A stretch of 46,776 bases of DNA from Octopus bimaculoides (GCF_001194135.2 NC_068981.1:26078728-26125503), one strand, 5' to 3'; counted from the stretch's first letter, positions 12,297 to 25,380 are shown. Notes: generated by a model from the letters alone, not told the origin. Numbers and translations: made by a program.

Positions 12297-13300
12297 TTCT
12301 AATTATTATAAATCTTCTACTGATGATGGTGCCGGTTTCCAACAAAGATGCAAGGTTCCATCTTTGGGATGTAATTAACACAGACAAATTCACATTTGAA
12401 ACTTGAGAAAAGTCTTGCATATTTTTACGGTACCACCCGCAGATTGCACTTGAAATGTACAAATTAGCCGGTCGATTTCTCTTTCTGAAAATCCCAGTTT
12501 ATCCACATTCTCCATTAAGCATTTACTAACAAACTCTAATGCTCCAATTATTATTGGTTCGAATGTGAATTCATAGTCTGGATATAGTAGCCGGACGTTT
12601 CTAAGAAATTGTCCATAGATATCCTATTTTACTTTGATTTTCAAAGAGATATTTATATCTGCAGGGCAGTCATTTGTCCCTCTGTCCCAAACAACAATAT
12701 CCGGCCGGTTATGTTTACATTTGACAGACCTTTTGAGTTGGTGTTTAAGAATGTATTCCGTAACAGAGGGTTTTTCTAAGTTTCTTTCAGAGCAGTCTTT
12801 TTTGCGGATGGCATTATAAATTGTTTTAGTGACAGCATTGTGCCACATACGGAGGTAGTACCATGATGACATTTTAGGACGGCTGCTAATCACATTTGTG
12901 ATGTCTTCCACAGAAGCATGACAGCTTACACATGCTGTTGCACCTTGTGATTACAAGAGCGTCACTGCCTCCCTTGTTCGGCAGGTACTTTGTGGTAGTC
13001 TCCTGTTCCGGGATTGAAAAGGCATAGCCTTCAAAATGTGATGTGATGTAGTGGTCTTGTGTCCAAGAGAGGCTGCACTTCGTGTCAATTCTACTGTCAA
13101 TTCTACTGTCTTCTTCAAGATTCTGGGCAACATACAAAAGCTAAGTCTTTTTTGTTGTTGTTGTATGCTGAGTGCTTTCCAACCAGCTCTTCCCTGAGAT
13201 AAGGGAGCCCAGCTATTTTGGGGCTGTATAGGAGATCATCAGGAAGAAAGTGCTTCTTGAAGAGCTCAATGCCAACTTGTACAATGTTTTTCACTTCCCA
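12297..13300 (-). mobile_element. 3' part of a REL-endonuclease non-LTR retrotransposon (R2/R4/NeSL group), decayed
   Basis: Minus frames give SHFEGYAFSIPEQETTTKYL; EDITNVISSRPKMSSWYYLRMWHNAVTKTIYN (degenerate CCHC/RHD region); KCKHNRPDIVVWDR (PD motif); CPADINISLKIK; YGQFLRNVRLLYPDYEFTFEPIIIGA; QSAGGTVKICKTFLKFQM* (stop 12390-12392). A short 3' UTR runs into (TA)n. Confidence 0.85.
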
Positions 13301-13378
13301 TTTGTATGTATGTATGTATGTATGTATGTATGTATGTATGTATGTATGTGTTTGTATGTATGTGTTTGTATGTATGTA
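13283..13378. repeat. (ATGT)n microsatellite bounding the truncated 5' end of the REL element
   Basis: Direct reading. Confidence 0.9.
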
Positions 13379-14681
13379 AGTATTTATTTATTAAAAATAA
13401 ATATATGTGTGCGTGTATATATATAACCCGCAAAAAAAAATGATATTTATCAGAAATATATCGAAAAGAAAAGAGTAAAAGTAAAACGAAAATACTTCAT
13501 GACATCCGCTTCAGTTACCTCGTCAAGATTTAGTGGATATGAAGACAGCGGTAGCAAAAACTCATAACATTAATACAAACAGTGAAAACAAAAATATTTA
13601 CTTCTGTTTTTATAAACATATACTTGTTTACGTATTCGATTCGCCATCTCTTCGCTCTCCCTGATCTTTCTCATTCTATTTCTCGGTTTATATATATATA
13701 GGTTTGTGTGTGTGTGTGTGCGTGTGTGTGTGTGTGCGTGCGTGCGTGTGTATGTTTGTATGTATGTATGTATGTGTGTGTGTATGTGTATGTGTGTGTG
13801 TATGTGTATGTGTGTGTGTGGAAGTATCTGTGTATATATTTATGAAAATTGCATAAAACGTATGGTAACTATACGTTTGTGCTTATATGCTATAATTTAT
13901 TTATGAATAGATAACTATATACCAACATGAGAAACCTTTGCTTTTGATTGTCACACTTGATTCTTAGTATCTAATAAAATACTTTGGATGTACATTGTAA
14001 CATAACGTGTGCATATATGTATGACTACATGCATATTTGTATACAATATATTATTATAATATTACTTTATTGAATACTAATAGGAAAATGAAAATGACGT
14101 ATATGTGTGTTTCAATGTATTCATGAATTCATAAATAACATTACCTGATAAATACAAAATCATATGATTACTGTATAAATCTTATTTGCTATTGAGATTT
14201 ATATGTACCTATTTGCGTGTGCGAAATAGTACACTTCTGTCTTCATATAGATATGTATACATATGTATAGATATATANNNNNNNNNNNNNNNNNNNNNNN
14301 NNNNNNNNNNNNNNNNNNNNNNNNNNNNNNNNNNNNNNNNNNNNNNNNNNNNNNNNNNNNNNNNNNNNNNNNNNNNNNNNNNNNNNNNNNNNNNNNNNNN
14401 NNNNNNNNNNNNNNNNNNNNNNNNNNNNNNNNNNNNNNNNNNNNNNNNNNNNNNNNNNNNNNNNNNNNNNNNNNNNNNNNNNNNNNNNNNNNNNNNNNNN
14501 NNNNNNNNNNNNNNNNNNNNNNNNNNNNNNNNNNNNNNNNNNNNNNNNNNNNNNNNNNNNNNNNNNNNNNNNNNNNNNNNNNNNNNNNNNNNNNNNNNNN
14601 NNNNNNNNNNNNNNNNNNNNNNNNNNNNNNNNNNNNNNNNNNNNNNNNNNNNNNNNNNNNNNNNNNNNNNNNNNNNNNNNN

Positions 14682-14713
<32 letters not shown>

Positions 14714-15014
14714 CAATAGTAGATACAATAGATACAATAACCTATAACCTATGCAATGCGCAGGGACACAAATTGCAATTTTCCAGTAATATTATGGCCA
14801 TACGAATACCTCTATGGTCACGATAGTAAATACACTAACAATACCAATAATAACATTATAAGAATACTTTAGTGAAATATACTATAGCAGTAATAAATAT
14901 CGATATCAAAATTCATACTGTGGACAGTCGAGAAAGCCAGGAGTAGGTCAGTGAAAGAGATAGACATATTTGATACATTACATGTTGTGATTTAACACAC
15001 CCTTATTATCAGTT

Positions 15015-15190
15015 ATGGTCAGCCTTGTCACACTGTGTCACGCTGAATATCCCCGAGAACTACGTTAAGGGTACATGTGTCTGTGGAGTGCTCAGCCACT
15101 TGCACGTTAATTTCACGAGCAGGCTGTTTCGTTGATCGGATCAATTGGAACCCTCGACGTCGTAAGCGACGGAGTGTCAACAACAACATT
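15015..15190 (+). mobile_element. 3' portion of a SINE/LINE-tail repeat ending in (CAA)n
   Basis: gagtgctcagccacttgcacgttaatttcacgagcaggctg...ggaaccctcgacgtcgtaagcgacggagtgtcaacaacaac. Locally GC-rich with a simple-repeat tail; family recalled from octopus repeats, not verified. Confidence 0.55.
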
Positions 15191-16449
15191 ATCAGTTATA
15201 TCACTAATGTCAATAGACATTTAACTGTCTGGCTACTTCTGTTAATTTGCCACAAAACAATTAAACGTGCGAATAAACATACATACATGAAATCATTTAT
15301 TTAAGCATGCATACATGTATGTATGTATGTATGTATGTATGTACGCATATACGTATGCATGTATCTGCGTGTGCATGTATGTGTGTGTGCGTGATTATTA
15401 TGTTTTACTTGAATATTTCTGGCCTAAAGAGAAAGAACCGGTTTCTAACCTAGATCCAAGGCTCCTTTATTAGAATTTCAATATCAACAACAGGCTATTT
15501 TTGTATGTATATACACGTGCAGCTTTGTATGTTTTGTTTTATGGATGTCTTCTCATGCATATTCTTGCATATCTAGACACGTTCATATATGTATGTTTGT
15601 ACACATATACGTACAAACATACGAACATATGTATTTTACGTGTATGTGCATGTGTGTGTTTACATGTATGGCTGTATGTATGTACTCTTCGTTAATGCTT
15701 TTACGATAATGTTTTTTCTCTACAATCTCTGAGATGGAGGTGATACAAATTACTCTAAAAAAATGTCATGCTTTTGTTTATTGTATTTTGTATTAAATGC
15801 CCAATCATATACAAAAATCAAATTATCTGTCAGCATTAACAGTTTCATAAAATTACCTGAATTTTAGAAGTCATTATTATCAATTTTAGTGAGTTAGGAG
15901 TTGATTAGAAACAGAAGCTTTTGTAGAATCTTGATTTATTACAATTTCGAAGCAGTCAATTTTCCGGTGGTTTCTTTAAGAATGTTATACGAATTTAACA
16001 TTAATATATTTTCTGGTTAAATAGTTATCTATTCAAATAAAACAAATAGTATATGTCCCGATCAGTTCAAAATTCTGTGTTCCTCACATAAGTAGTTTTT
16101 CTGTAAAAATTACCCTAATATTATGTCTCAGAAAAGGTCGTTTATCGAATTATATATACAAGGTTTTGGAATTCTGTGCAGCTGCATCACATCATTTTAC
16201 CAAACCCTTTGTCTGAATATATGCAAGTGAAATATATTTAAAGAAGAATATATTAATAATCACTTATAACTACTACAACCGTAGATAAATAATATCTTAA
16301 TATAAAATAGAATAGAAATATTAAATTATCTACGTAAAGGAAACAAATTTCAAAGAATGAAGAGTAGAAAATGAATTTATGTTGGGTCATTATTATATAA
16401 CCACGAATGTAGGCGTGTAAAAATTTGTGCGTATATGCGTGTATTATAA

Positions 16450-16490
<41 letters not shown>

Positions 16491-17263
16491 NNNNNNNNNN
16501 NNNNNNNNNNNNNNNNNNNNNNNNNNNNNNNNNNNNNNNNNNNNNNNNNNNNNNNNNNNNNNNNNNNNNNNNNNNNNNNNNNNNNNNNNNNNNNNNNNNN
16601 NNNNNNNNNNNNNNNNNNNNNNNNNNNNNNNNNNNNNNNNNNNNNNNNNNNNNNNNNNNNNNNNNNNNNNNNNNNNNNNNNNNNNNNNNNNNNNNNNNNN
16701 NNNNNNNNNNNNNNNNNNNNNNNNNNNNNNNNNNNNNNNNNNNNNNNNNNNNNNNNNNNNNNNNNNNNNNNNNNNNNNNNNNNNNATATATACAGGTAAA
16801 CGTGTATGTGTGTGTGTGTACGGGTTCCTTTATCGGACAGCAAGAAACGAAAAGGACGGGACAAGATGAGATAAGATGAAAAGAACAGAACTGATATTGG
16901 AGGATATCCTAATCTCAGTTTATTGCTTTGAATAATCAATGAAACTTTCTATTACACACACACCATCACTTTATCCCTCACCCCCTTTGTGTAAGTGTGT
17001 GTGCATACACATAGACACATTTACTCATATATGCATTAATGCACGTACAGACACACACACACGCACACACACACACACACTCAAACACCAAAACATATAC
17101 ATAGACACATACGTATATAAACGCAATATCAAATAAGAAAGAATCAATACAAAATTGCACTGTACAATATAAATACACATACATCTTTATTATTCCCTGA
17201 TGTTATTTATTCTTGTAAACCTCAGATACTACTCAACTTTCACGCACTTCGCTAAATTTATAT

Positions 17264-17426
17264 ACGCTCAGGAGTGGCTGTGTGGTAAGAAACTTGCTTC
17301 CTAAACACATGGTTCCGGGTTAAATCCGACTGCGTAGCACCTTGGGCAAGTGTCTTCTGCTATAGCTTCGGCCCGGCCGAAACCTTGTGAGTGAATTTGG
17401 TACACGGAAACTGAAAGAAGCCCGTC

Positions 17427-17523
<97 letters not shown>

Positions 17524-17760
17524 TGTGTGCGTGTGTGTATGTGTGTGTAATTGTTATTTGTGTCTGTGTTTGTCCCCCTACCAACGCTTGACAACCGATG
17601 TTGGTGTGTTTACGTCCCCGTCACTAGCGGTTCGGCAAAAGAACCGATAGAATAAGTACTAGGCTTACAAAGAATAAGTCATGAGGTCGATTTTTTTGAC
17701 TAAAGGTGGTGCTCCCGCATGGCCGCAGTCAAATTACTGAAACAAGTGAAAGAGTAAAAG
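17264..17760 (+). mobile_element. Full-length tRNA-headed SINE family B with an expanded internal (TA)n(GT)n tract
   Basis: A-box GTGGCTGTGTGG (17274), B-box-like GGTTAAATCC (~17318), caccttgggcaagtgtcttc central domain, microsatellite 17430-17548, and a 3' body ending in aaagagtaaaag. Confidence 0.9.
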
Positions 17761-17820
17761 AATCCTATGAGAAATCTCCATACTTAAATACCTTAATCTA
17801 AAACAAACTCATCCTTGCAG

Positions 17821-18443
17821 CCTATTACTGAAGAAATATCAAACCCTCACCCCCATCTTATTCCTTCCCATACATACATCTTAAATTTCTTCTAAATCTT
17901 TAACTCAACCACTTCCCTCTTTTCTCTTAGCCTCCCCACCACCCCACACATCTCAAATCTCTCCCAAATCTTCAAATCAACGACCTCTACTTTCCTCTTA
18001 ACCTCAGAACCCTCCCTAACCTCAAACAGTACTTGCGAAAACCCCACTACTTTGAAAACTAATCAAGCTACATCTATCCCTACACCCTACCTATACCTCT
18101 CTATCCAATCTCATATTCCTCCCTTTATCCCAACACCTCCTTTCCATTACCAACCCAATTCCTTTGTCCCACAAACAAATACTTTTGACACCCAACCTTA
18201 GCTACCGAACCAGTCATATCATTTCCCCAAGTTAATAACAAGCCCTTTTCACTATCTCAATCTTTAACTCTATAGCCTTCTTACAAACTCTCACAAAGGT
18301 CATCACTACCTAAACCACTCCTCCTCCTTCCTCCCACCTCTACTACTATCACTAGCCTCATTAATAACTCTAACCCTGAAACCTATTTTCTCCTTTCAAT
18401 AGATCATCTTTACCCCCAGGAATTATCGGGTACACCAGCTAGT
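17821..18443 (+). other. G-depleted, C-rich 600-bp segment ending in a Helitron-like CTAG-T terminus
   Basis: I count 25 G in 600 nt (17821-18420). It ends cgggtacaccagCTAG|t(ata)n; the subterminal hairpin is weak (4 bp). Confidence 0.3.
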
Positions 18444-18614
18444 ATATATATATATATATATCAGGAATTTTGGGCTAAATTTGACGACGTTTTATGGCTC
18501 ATTCTTGGAGACATTAACAAAGTTGTAGTTCGAAAACGTTAGCTGTCATGGGGGACTGGAAGCTATTTGAACAGTGGAAAATGGATTCTTGTATCATGAT
18601 GATTCGCTCCTGAT

Positions 18615-18947
18615 TTAAAAATATGCCACATCATGACTGTTGCTCAATACTCTGTGAACACTGTAAAGGCTGTAAGGCATCACAGGGACAAAATAAGATG
18701 AAGAAAAAGGCTCGTCGGTGCCACACCATAAATCACAGTTCGAATATAACCCATTTTCCGTTCTGTTTCGTAGAGTGTGCAAATCAATAGTGTGTAGAGG
18801 TGCCGCACCTTGATAAATGGCTAATGGAATGGTACGTTTTATTGAAGTGAGTAACGATGCGTTTGCCTGAAACACATAGTAAGGGGATTCGAATGTGATT
18901 GCAAAACCGATTTGCAAGGCGACGTCATATCTCTCCTGGTGTATTCT
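18615..18947 (-). CDS. Candidate coding exon of unknown product
   Basis: 110 stop-free codons after a tttgcgtag acceptor in non-repetitive DNA; possible AAG|gtgcgg donor at 18808. No recognised homology. Confidence 0.2.
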   Translation of the reverse strand, partial: RIHQERYDVALQIGFAITFESPYYVFQANASLLTSIKRTIPLAIYQGAAPLHTIDLHTLRNRTENGLYSNCDLWCGTDEPFSSSYFVPVMPYSLYSVHRVLSNSHDVAYF

Positions 18948-19192
18948 CTACGCAAACATTTGCAGATGATGCAATATACGACTCTAAAAGATGTACATCA
19001 GTTATTTTGAAAGCAGATGTGTTACATCGCTGGCGAGGGCATTTAGAAGTATATGGCTGGATGCCATGCAGTTTGTAACTATGGTTTTTCTAGAATGAGA
19101 TGTAGTACGAAAGAATTGCACACGTATCATTATATATCTCTCATACACAAGGAAGTTTGGGAGAGATGTGGAGAAATATATATGTACGGGAG

Positions 19193-19194
<2 letters not shown>

Positions 19195-19234
<40 letters not shown>

Positions 19235-19280
19235 AGGAGGGAAAGGGAGAGAGAGGGAGGGAGAGAGAAAGAGAGAGCAG
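19195..19280. repeat. (AG)n purine tract
   Basis: Direct reading. Confidence 0.9.
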
Positions 19281-20875
19281 AAAGCATTTGGTATATAAAG
19301 AATTTTCTGTGCGAATTCTTAAATTACTTCTAAGTTTAAAATCAGTCTTATGAAATACTTACATGTGTATTTGAAAAGAAATATTATTAAATGTATGTAT
19401 TTATAATTGATCACTTTTTATTATTGTCTTATTCCCCATTGCTTTGTATATACATAATTCATTTTCTTTTCGATGTTCTGTTAATCTCTTGTCTAGTTAT
19501 ATATATATATATGTATAGATATATAATTATTCTGAAAATGCCATTAACATTCCTTGATATTTAATCTAATAATATCCTTAAAATATCTGAATGTGCGTGT
19601 TTAAGATAGGTAATACTTTGCTTTTGTTGTTGTTTCTGTTGCTGTATGTGCTGTATGTTAGCTAAGTATTCTATTGCTTATAAGCATTCCAAAATTTGAT
19701 AGTAAGACAGAATGGGTTTGAAATTTTGATAAAATGATCTCGGTTGTATTTTGATTTCTCACCAAAATATTTTATCTATACATCCAAAATCCCCACCCAT
19801 TTCCGAATTGCAACGGAGCGGAAGTATCTCTAAACTTTCCCATAATATCATACACCATACAAGTTGACCTTCTCCGTAACTTTATACTGCGGTTGTTACC
19901 AAGTGCAAAGCCTTTTGGGATGCTACGGTAATCGAGTAGAATTCTTTTATTTATTTAATTCATTTATTTATTCACTTGCGAAGCATATCGGAATATAATG
20001 TATTATAAATTGTGAACCAACGAGTAGATTGCTACATGGTTGTTTCACCTATTAAAACTAACCAAGAAATATATCTTACCTAACATTATATCGCCCGAAA
20101 AAGAAACATTATAACGGGTAATATAGTATTAGATATACCATACCTGAAAATAAAAAGGCTAAATCTAATATAGAGGAGATATTAAGAAGATATTTTTCAT
20201 AAATAATTTAAATTATCAAAAATATAGACCCAAATTATTAAATTAATGGGTCTATTCAATAAAGAGAGAAAATACTGCTAAGATAGATCACGAAATGGTA
20301 AGTTAGCAATTATACTAAGGAATTGTCAAGACCTTATTCATATAGAAACCAGAATAACACTTCTGCTTTCATGTCGAAGACAAAGGGTTAATCCATTCAT
20401 AAGTATTTTGTACCATTTATCTGGAAGAATATGGTCTTCTCCAGTAGACGGCACTTTAGGAGAGCTTGCATTGTTTGGGAGAGAATGCATCTAAGCGGGC
20501 TAGCAATGTGTGAGAAATTTCACAAAGGTAATGAGTACCACCACAGCTTATACGATATGAAATTGTTGTTGATGATGTTTTGTTGTTATTGGTAGCGGTG
20601 AATTTAGTTGTAGTGGCGGCAGTGTAGATGTTGTGGTGGTGTGAGTGGTATTTTTAAGCCATACATATCAGCATTTCTCAAGCAGATAAAAAACGTTCTA
20701 AATGTTTCAAATCCGTTTATTTATTTTTTTTCTTCATTTTAGAAGAGCAGAGCGTGATTTTGTAGAGAGTTGACAGCTTTTTTTTAGCAGTTCATATACT
20801 ATGTAGAAACGCTTTTGTCTGTTCATTCTGACCAAATGATTTGCATATCTCTAGTAAATAAATGCGGCGAATACA

Positions 20876-21096
20876 TACGAGAAGGTACTGAAAAGGTCCT
20901 GGCTTTGGATAAAAGAAAATACAGGAGGATCAGTTAATTGTGATTTTATTTAACGAACTCCCCTCTCAGATTCACACGCTTATTGCAGCGGTCTTTCAGT
21001 TTTACTAAACTCTGTAAAAGAACTCGTAATTGTGGGCTTCCAACCAGGACGTCCGCGGCATCCTTAATGCCCAGAACTTTTCAGTATCTCATCGTA
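20876..21096. mobile_element. Tc1/mariner-type MITE (~217 bp) with TA target duplication
   Basis: TA|cgagaaggtactgaaaaggtcctggc ... gcccagaacttttcagtatctcatcg|TA; imperfect TIRs, no ORF. Confidence 0.8.
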
Positions 21097-21434
21097 TAAA
21101 CTTTTGATGATATTCTCACTAAAACAATAACAATACCTTTGTATATAAGCACAATCACAAATAATTATTCATGCAATATCATAATTTTAAGTATTTGTAG
21201 GATGGCATACAACTTGGTTGAATTGATTCTTTGTTTTACGCTGGTGTTCAATTTGTTATTTCCTGAAGAATTTGTTAAGGATGACCTCTGTCGTATATGA
21301 ACTCAGAATCCAGTAAATTGTAACTAAATGTTGCATGGAATTTAGAATAACCATCTACATTGACTTATTTTCTGCTTTCCTCACATTAATAAATATCAGT
21401 GTCTAACACTGAAAACAATATTTTAATACTTGAG

Positions 21435-21600
21435 GGAAGATTATAGTCGATTGTATCAATCCATATACGCGGTGAGTATTTATATTATATATATCAAAAC
21501 AGTAAAACTCAAAACCGACTTCGGTGGTACTGAATTCGAGCATGTAAAACGACGGAATTAAATATGACAAAGTATATAATCCTGAACTCTACTGATTAAC
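21435..21600 (-). mobile_element. SINE family A, highly degenerate
   Basis: tagtcgattgtatcaatcc and accgacttcggtggtactgaattcgagcatgtaaaacgacggaatta follow family A motif order. Confidence 0.45.
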
Positions 21601-21724
21601 AGAATTTCCGACAAGTAATAAATATTAATTTTCAACACTGACACCAGATGTTCACATTTGCATGGGAAGGGGCGATAATAGAGGAAAACTACCATGAACA
21701 TATTTAATATTAGTTTCAAATTTC

Positions 21725-21923
21725 AGCACAATATCATCAATTTCAACGGAGGAGTAAGTCGATGAATTTGACCCTGTGATTAAGTGATACTTATTTTATC
21801 GACTCCATAATTATAAAAGGCAAAGGCGAGCTCAGAAGTATTTCTAATGAGAACCTAAAGACGGACGGAATACCGCTAAGTATTTGGCCCTACGTGCCAA
21901 CGATACTGCCAGCTCGCTTCCTT
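21725..21923 (-). mobile_element. SINE family A, near full length
   Basis: tacttattttatcgac, aaaaggcaaag, gacggacggaataccgctaag and gatactgccagctcgcttcctt. Confidence 0.8.
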
Positions 21924-23084
21924 GTATAAATTAAGTGGTGGTATATTGAAGATGTTGATTATTGCATAGAATATTAGTTAGGCTAAAATTCGTTCCTGGT
22001 GTAGAATAAAAAACAACGAACCTGCTGTATTTTTTTTGCGAGTCACAAAAGAAATGTATTTTTTAAAAATTAAGTTTGCATGGCTAAAATGCATGTTTAG
22101 GAGAAAAAACAAAAATTAAGCACGGCACAATTTGAACCCTGAACCGATCTTGATTTAAATGAACACCGAAGGACATAAACTCTACTGATATTGAAATCTA
22201 CTGTTCTGAACAATATATATAATGCTTTCTTACGTAGAGACACGTTTAGTGTTTCTTTTATGACATATTACGAAAAATAATTCTTAGTTTGATTGATAAT
22301 CAAAATATAAATCTAACAAAGTCGTACATTTAAATAGATTTATGGTCGATTCATAGTTTTTAAAAACCTGACAATTTTCAATCTCGTCGATGTAAAACAA
22401 TAAATTGCAAATCAAATCACTCTCTGTTTGCGTCTGCGTTTTCTTTCATATTATGTTTTGAATTCATACAAATAGATATACCTGCTTACATACATGCATA
22501 CATAGATACAACTGTGTATATATATATGTGTATGTATATATATATATATATATATGTGTATGTTATATATATATATATATNNNNNNNNNNNNNNNNNNNN
22601 NNNNNNNNNNNNNNNNNNNNNNNNNNNNNNNNNNNNNNNNNNNNNNNNNNNNNNNNNNNNNNNNNNNNNNNNNNNNNNNNNNNNNNNNNNNNNNNNNNNN
22701 NNNNNNNNNNNNNNNNNNNNNNNNNNNNNNNNNNNNNNNNNNNNNNNNNNNNNNNNNNNNNNNNNNNNNNNNNNNNNNNNNNNNNNNNNNNNNNNNNNNN
22801 NNNNNNNNNNNNNNNNNNNNNNNNNNNNNNNNNNNNNNNNNNNNNNNNNNNNNNNNNNNNNNNNNNNNNNNNNNNNNNNNNNNNNNNNNNNNNNNNNNNN
22901 NNNNNNNNNNNNNNNNNNNNNNNNNNNNNNNNNNNNNNNNNNNNATATATATATATATATATACACATACATATACAGAGGGAGAGGGAGATAGGGAGAG
23001 AGAGGGTGAAAGAGACAGAGGTGTATATATATATATATATTTATATCCTGAACGGACCAGACTATCAGATATTGTTACACATCA

Positions 23085-23292
23085 TTAGTCACAATGCGCT
23101 TTGCATCGTTTTAGCCTTCGAATCATGCCACCCTGCTGGCTGTACGTGCAAGCCAACGTTCTCCACTGATCAAAAAGGGACTAGAGCCACGTGAAATGAA
23201 ATTATTTGTTCAAGAACACAAAGCACCGCCAGGTTTGGGAATCAAACCTATGGTCTAGCGATCATGAGTTCGACAGTCGAAGCACAAGGCCT
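23085..23292 (-). mobile_element. tRNA-headed SINE, family C-like
   Basis: Reverse complement head ggccttgtgcttcgactgtcgaactcatgatcgctagaccataggtttgattcccaaacctggcggtgctttgtgttcttgaacaa. Confidence 0.55.
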
Positions 23293-23310
23293 AATGTTAC
23301 ATATGTATAT

Positions 23311-23526
23311 TCTTTTCTACTCTAGGCAGAACGCCCGAAAATTTGGGGGAGGGGGCCAGTCGATTAGATCGACCCAAGTACACAACTGGTACTTAATTTA
23401 TCGACCCCCGAAAGAATGAAAGGCAATGCCAGCCTCGGAGGAATTTGAACTCAGAACGTAAAGACAGACGAAATACCACTAAGCATTTCGCTCGGCGTGC
23501 TAACGCCTCTGTTAGCTCGCCGCCTT
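23311..23526 (-). mobile_element. Full-length tRNA-headed SINE family A (octopus-type SINE)
   Basis: Reverse complement starts AAGGCGGCGAGCTAACAGAGGCGTTAGCACGCC (A-box region); B-box GAGTTCAAATTCC at 23440-23452; core tttcattctttcgggggtcgataaattaagtaccag. Confidence 0.9.
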
Positions 23527-23931
23527 AGTAGTATATGTATATATTGTATATACTACAAACGCATATATCAACTTTTCCTGACACAGTAAACAAAATTTTC
23601 TTCAGTAATTTTAATAAATGGCAAATAAAGATGTCTCTCAGTGTTGGGTAGGAACACATTGAAGTGGATGTATTACAGAAATTAGCAGTTTTATTGTAGA
23701 CAATCATATAACAGTAAGTAATGAAAATTTACTTTGATACTTTCCCTTCGACACAAGACTGTGCTCGTCACACGATCAAAAGCAGGCATGCTTCAGGTGA
23801 GATGTCAACATGTTATCTAATCAGATTTTGCGAGTAATTTCGCACGTCTATCAAATTAACTTTGTCCATTACAGAAATTGTGAAATATTGTTCTAAATGT
23901 AAGATGGCGAATCTTGCCAAATATTCAGAAA

Positions 23932-23971
<40 letters not shown>

Positions 23972-24141
23972 ACACACATACACACACACACATACACAAA
24001 CACACGCACGCACATACGCACACGCACACGCGCGTGCATATATAACATTGGTGCAATAACGAAGACAAGACTGTTTCGTTATCAGCCTGTGTAATTTTAT
24101 CTAGAGAGAGCTTAAGAAATATTTTGCCTGGATTACTAATT

Positions 24142-24186
<45 letters not shown>

Positions 24187-25338
24187 TACACGCTTACACA
24201 CACACATATATATGTATACATATCATAATGCGTGCGTGTAAACGTATGTGCGTTTTTGTTGCGAGAAAAAAGGCCTGTAATATTCCAAATTTCCTTCGTT
24301 ACCTATATCAACTGTTGTTATGATATTAGCATGTTGACTTTTAACGAAAATCATAATGTCAGATGTTTTTTTTTGTTTTGTTTCCCCTGCTTTGACTTTA
24401 TATGGCTAGAAACCCATTTTTTCGTGACGCAGGCGGGACACTTCTATAATTGTAATTGTAAAGTTCAAGGAAAACCTAATTCAAGAGTAAATTATCGAAT
24501 AGCTAGAATAGCTAATTGAAGTAATTAAAGCAGTTTTTATCAAAATGTCTGTGAAAGGAACAATCAAGATTTTTCCCGTGTGTATTTCTAATACACAGAA
24601 AAAAAAAATACGCACCCTCACGCATACATACAAATATAAAAACGCATGCACTTATACACAAATTGTGCTTATAGAGATAATTTGTTGCGTAGAAGTTGCC
24701 CACAGTTGAACTAAATCATCAAAATTTTGTCAGTCTTGTTAGAAAAAGAAGACGCCAAGAATAATTTTCCGAAGCTGACGACGAAATATCTGTGTCATTG
24801 CCCGACATGCTAAAAAGAGCTACTGAATTTTCCCCTACTCACGTCCGGTTGCCTTACAAAAAACAAAAATGAATAAAAAATACGATGTAAAATACAATAT
24901 GTACACGCCGAAATAACAGACTTGCAATTACACAATATGTAGACAAAAAGTCTCTCACTAAAGATTTATGTTTTTAGGTTGTCCTGGTTTGAAATGAGTT
25001 TCAGCTAGATTATNNNNNNNNNNNNNNNNNNNNNNNNNNNNNNNNNNNNNNNNNNNNNNNNNNNNNNNNNNNNNNNNNNNNNNNNNNNNNNNNNNNNNNN
25101 NNNNNNNNNNNNNNNNNNNNNNNNNNNNNNNNNNNNNNNNNNNNNNNNNNNNNNNNNNNNNNNNNNNNNNNNNNNNNNNNNNNNNNNNNNNNNNNNNNNN
25201 NNNNNNNNNNNNNNNNNNNNNNNTATATATCTTGTTGTACTTGGGGATGGTCATATTGCCAGTTTAGCCAATAAAAACACACGCACTGTATATTTGGTGT
25301 TAATTTGCTTCAGCTTTATATTACATTAATCCTATTTC

Positions 25339-25380
25339 GGCCAGAGTTCTTTCGTCACACTTCTGTGACCTCATCAGTGG
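25339..25380 (-). ncRNA. Candidate minimal type I hammerhead ribozyme
   Basis: RNA reads CCA-CUGAUGA-G-GUCAC-agaagu-GUGAC-GAA-AG-aa-CU-C-UGG. Intact core, 5-bp stem II, 2-bp stem III, CUC cleavage triplet and 3-bp stem I; one extra G after A9. Confidence 0.4.

Noticed and set aside
18899-19079. + frame containing FADD (possible RT motif)
   Set aside because: No upstream QG/SP motif or other RT context; likely coincidence.
23440-23526. tRNA genes suggested by A/B boxes, here and at other SINE heads
   Set aside because: No complete cloverleaf or poly-T terminator; each head continues into a shared SINE body.
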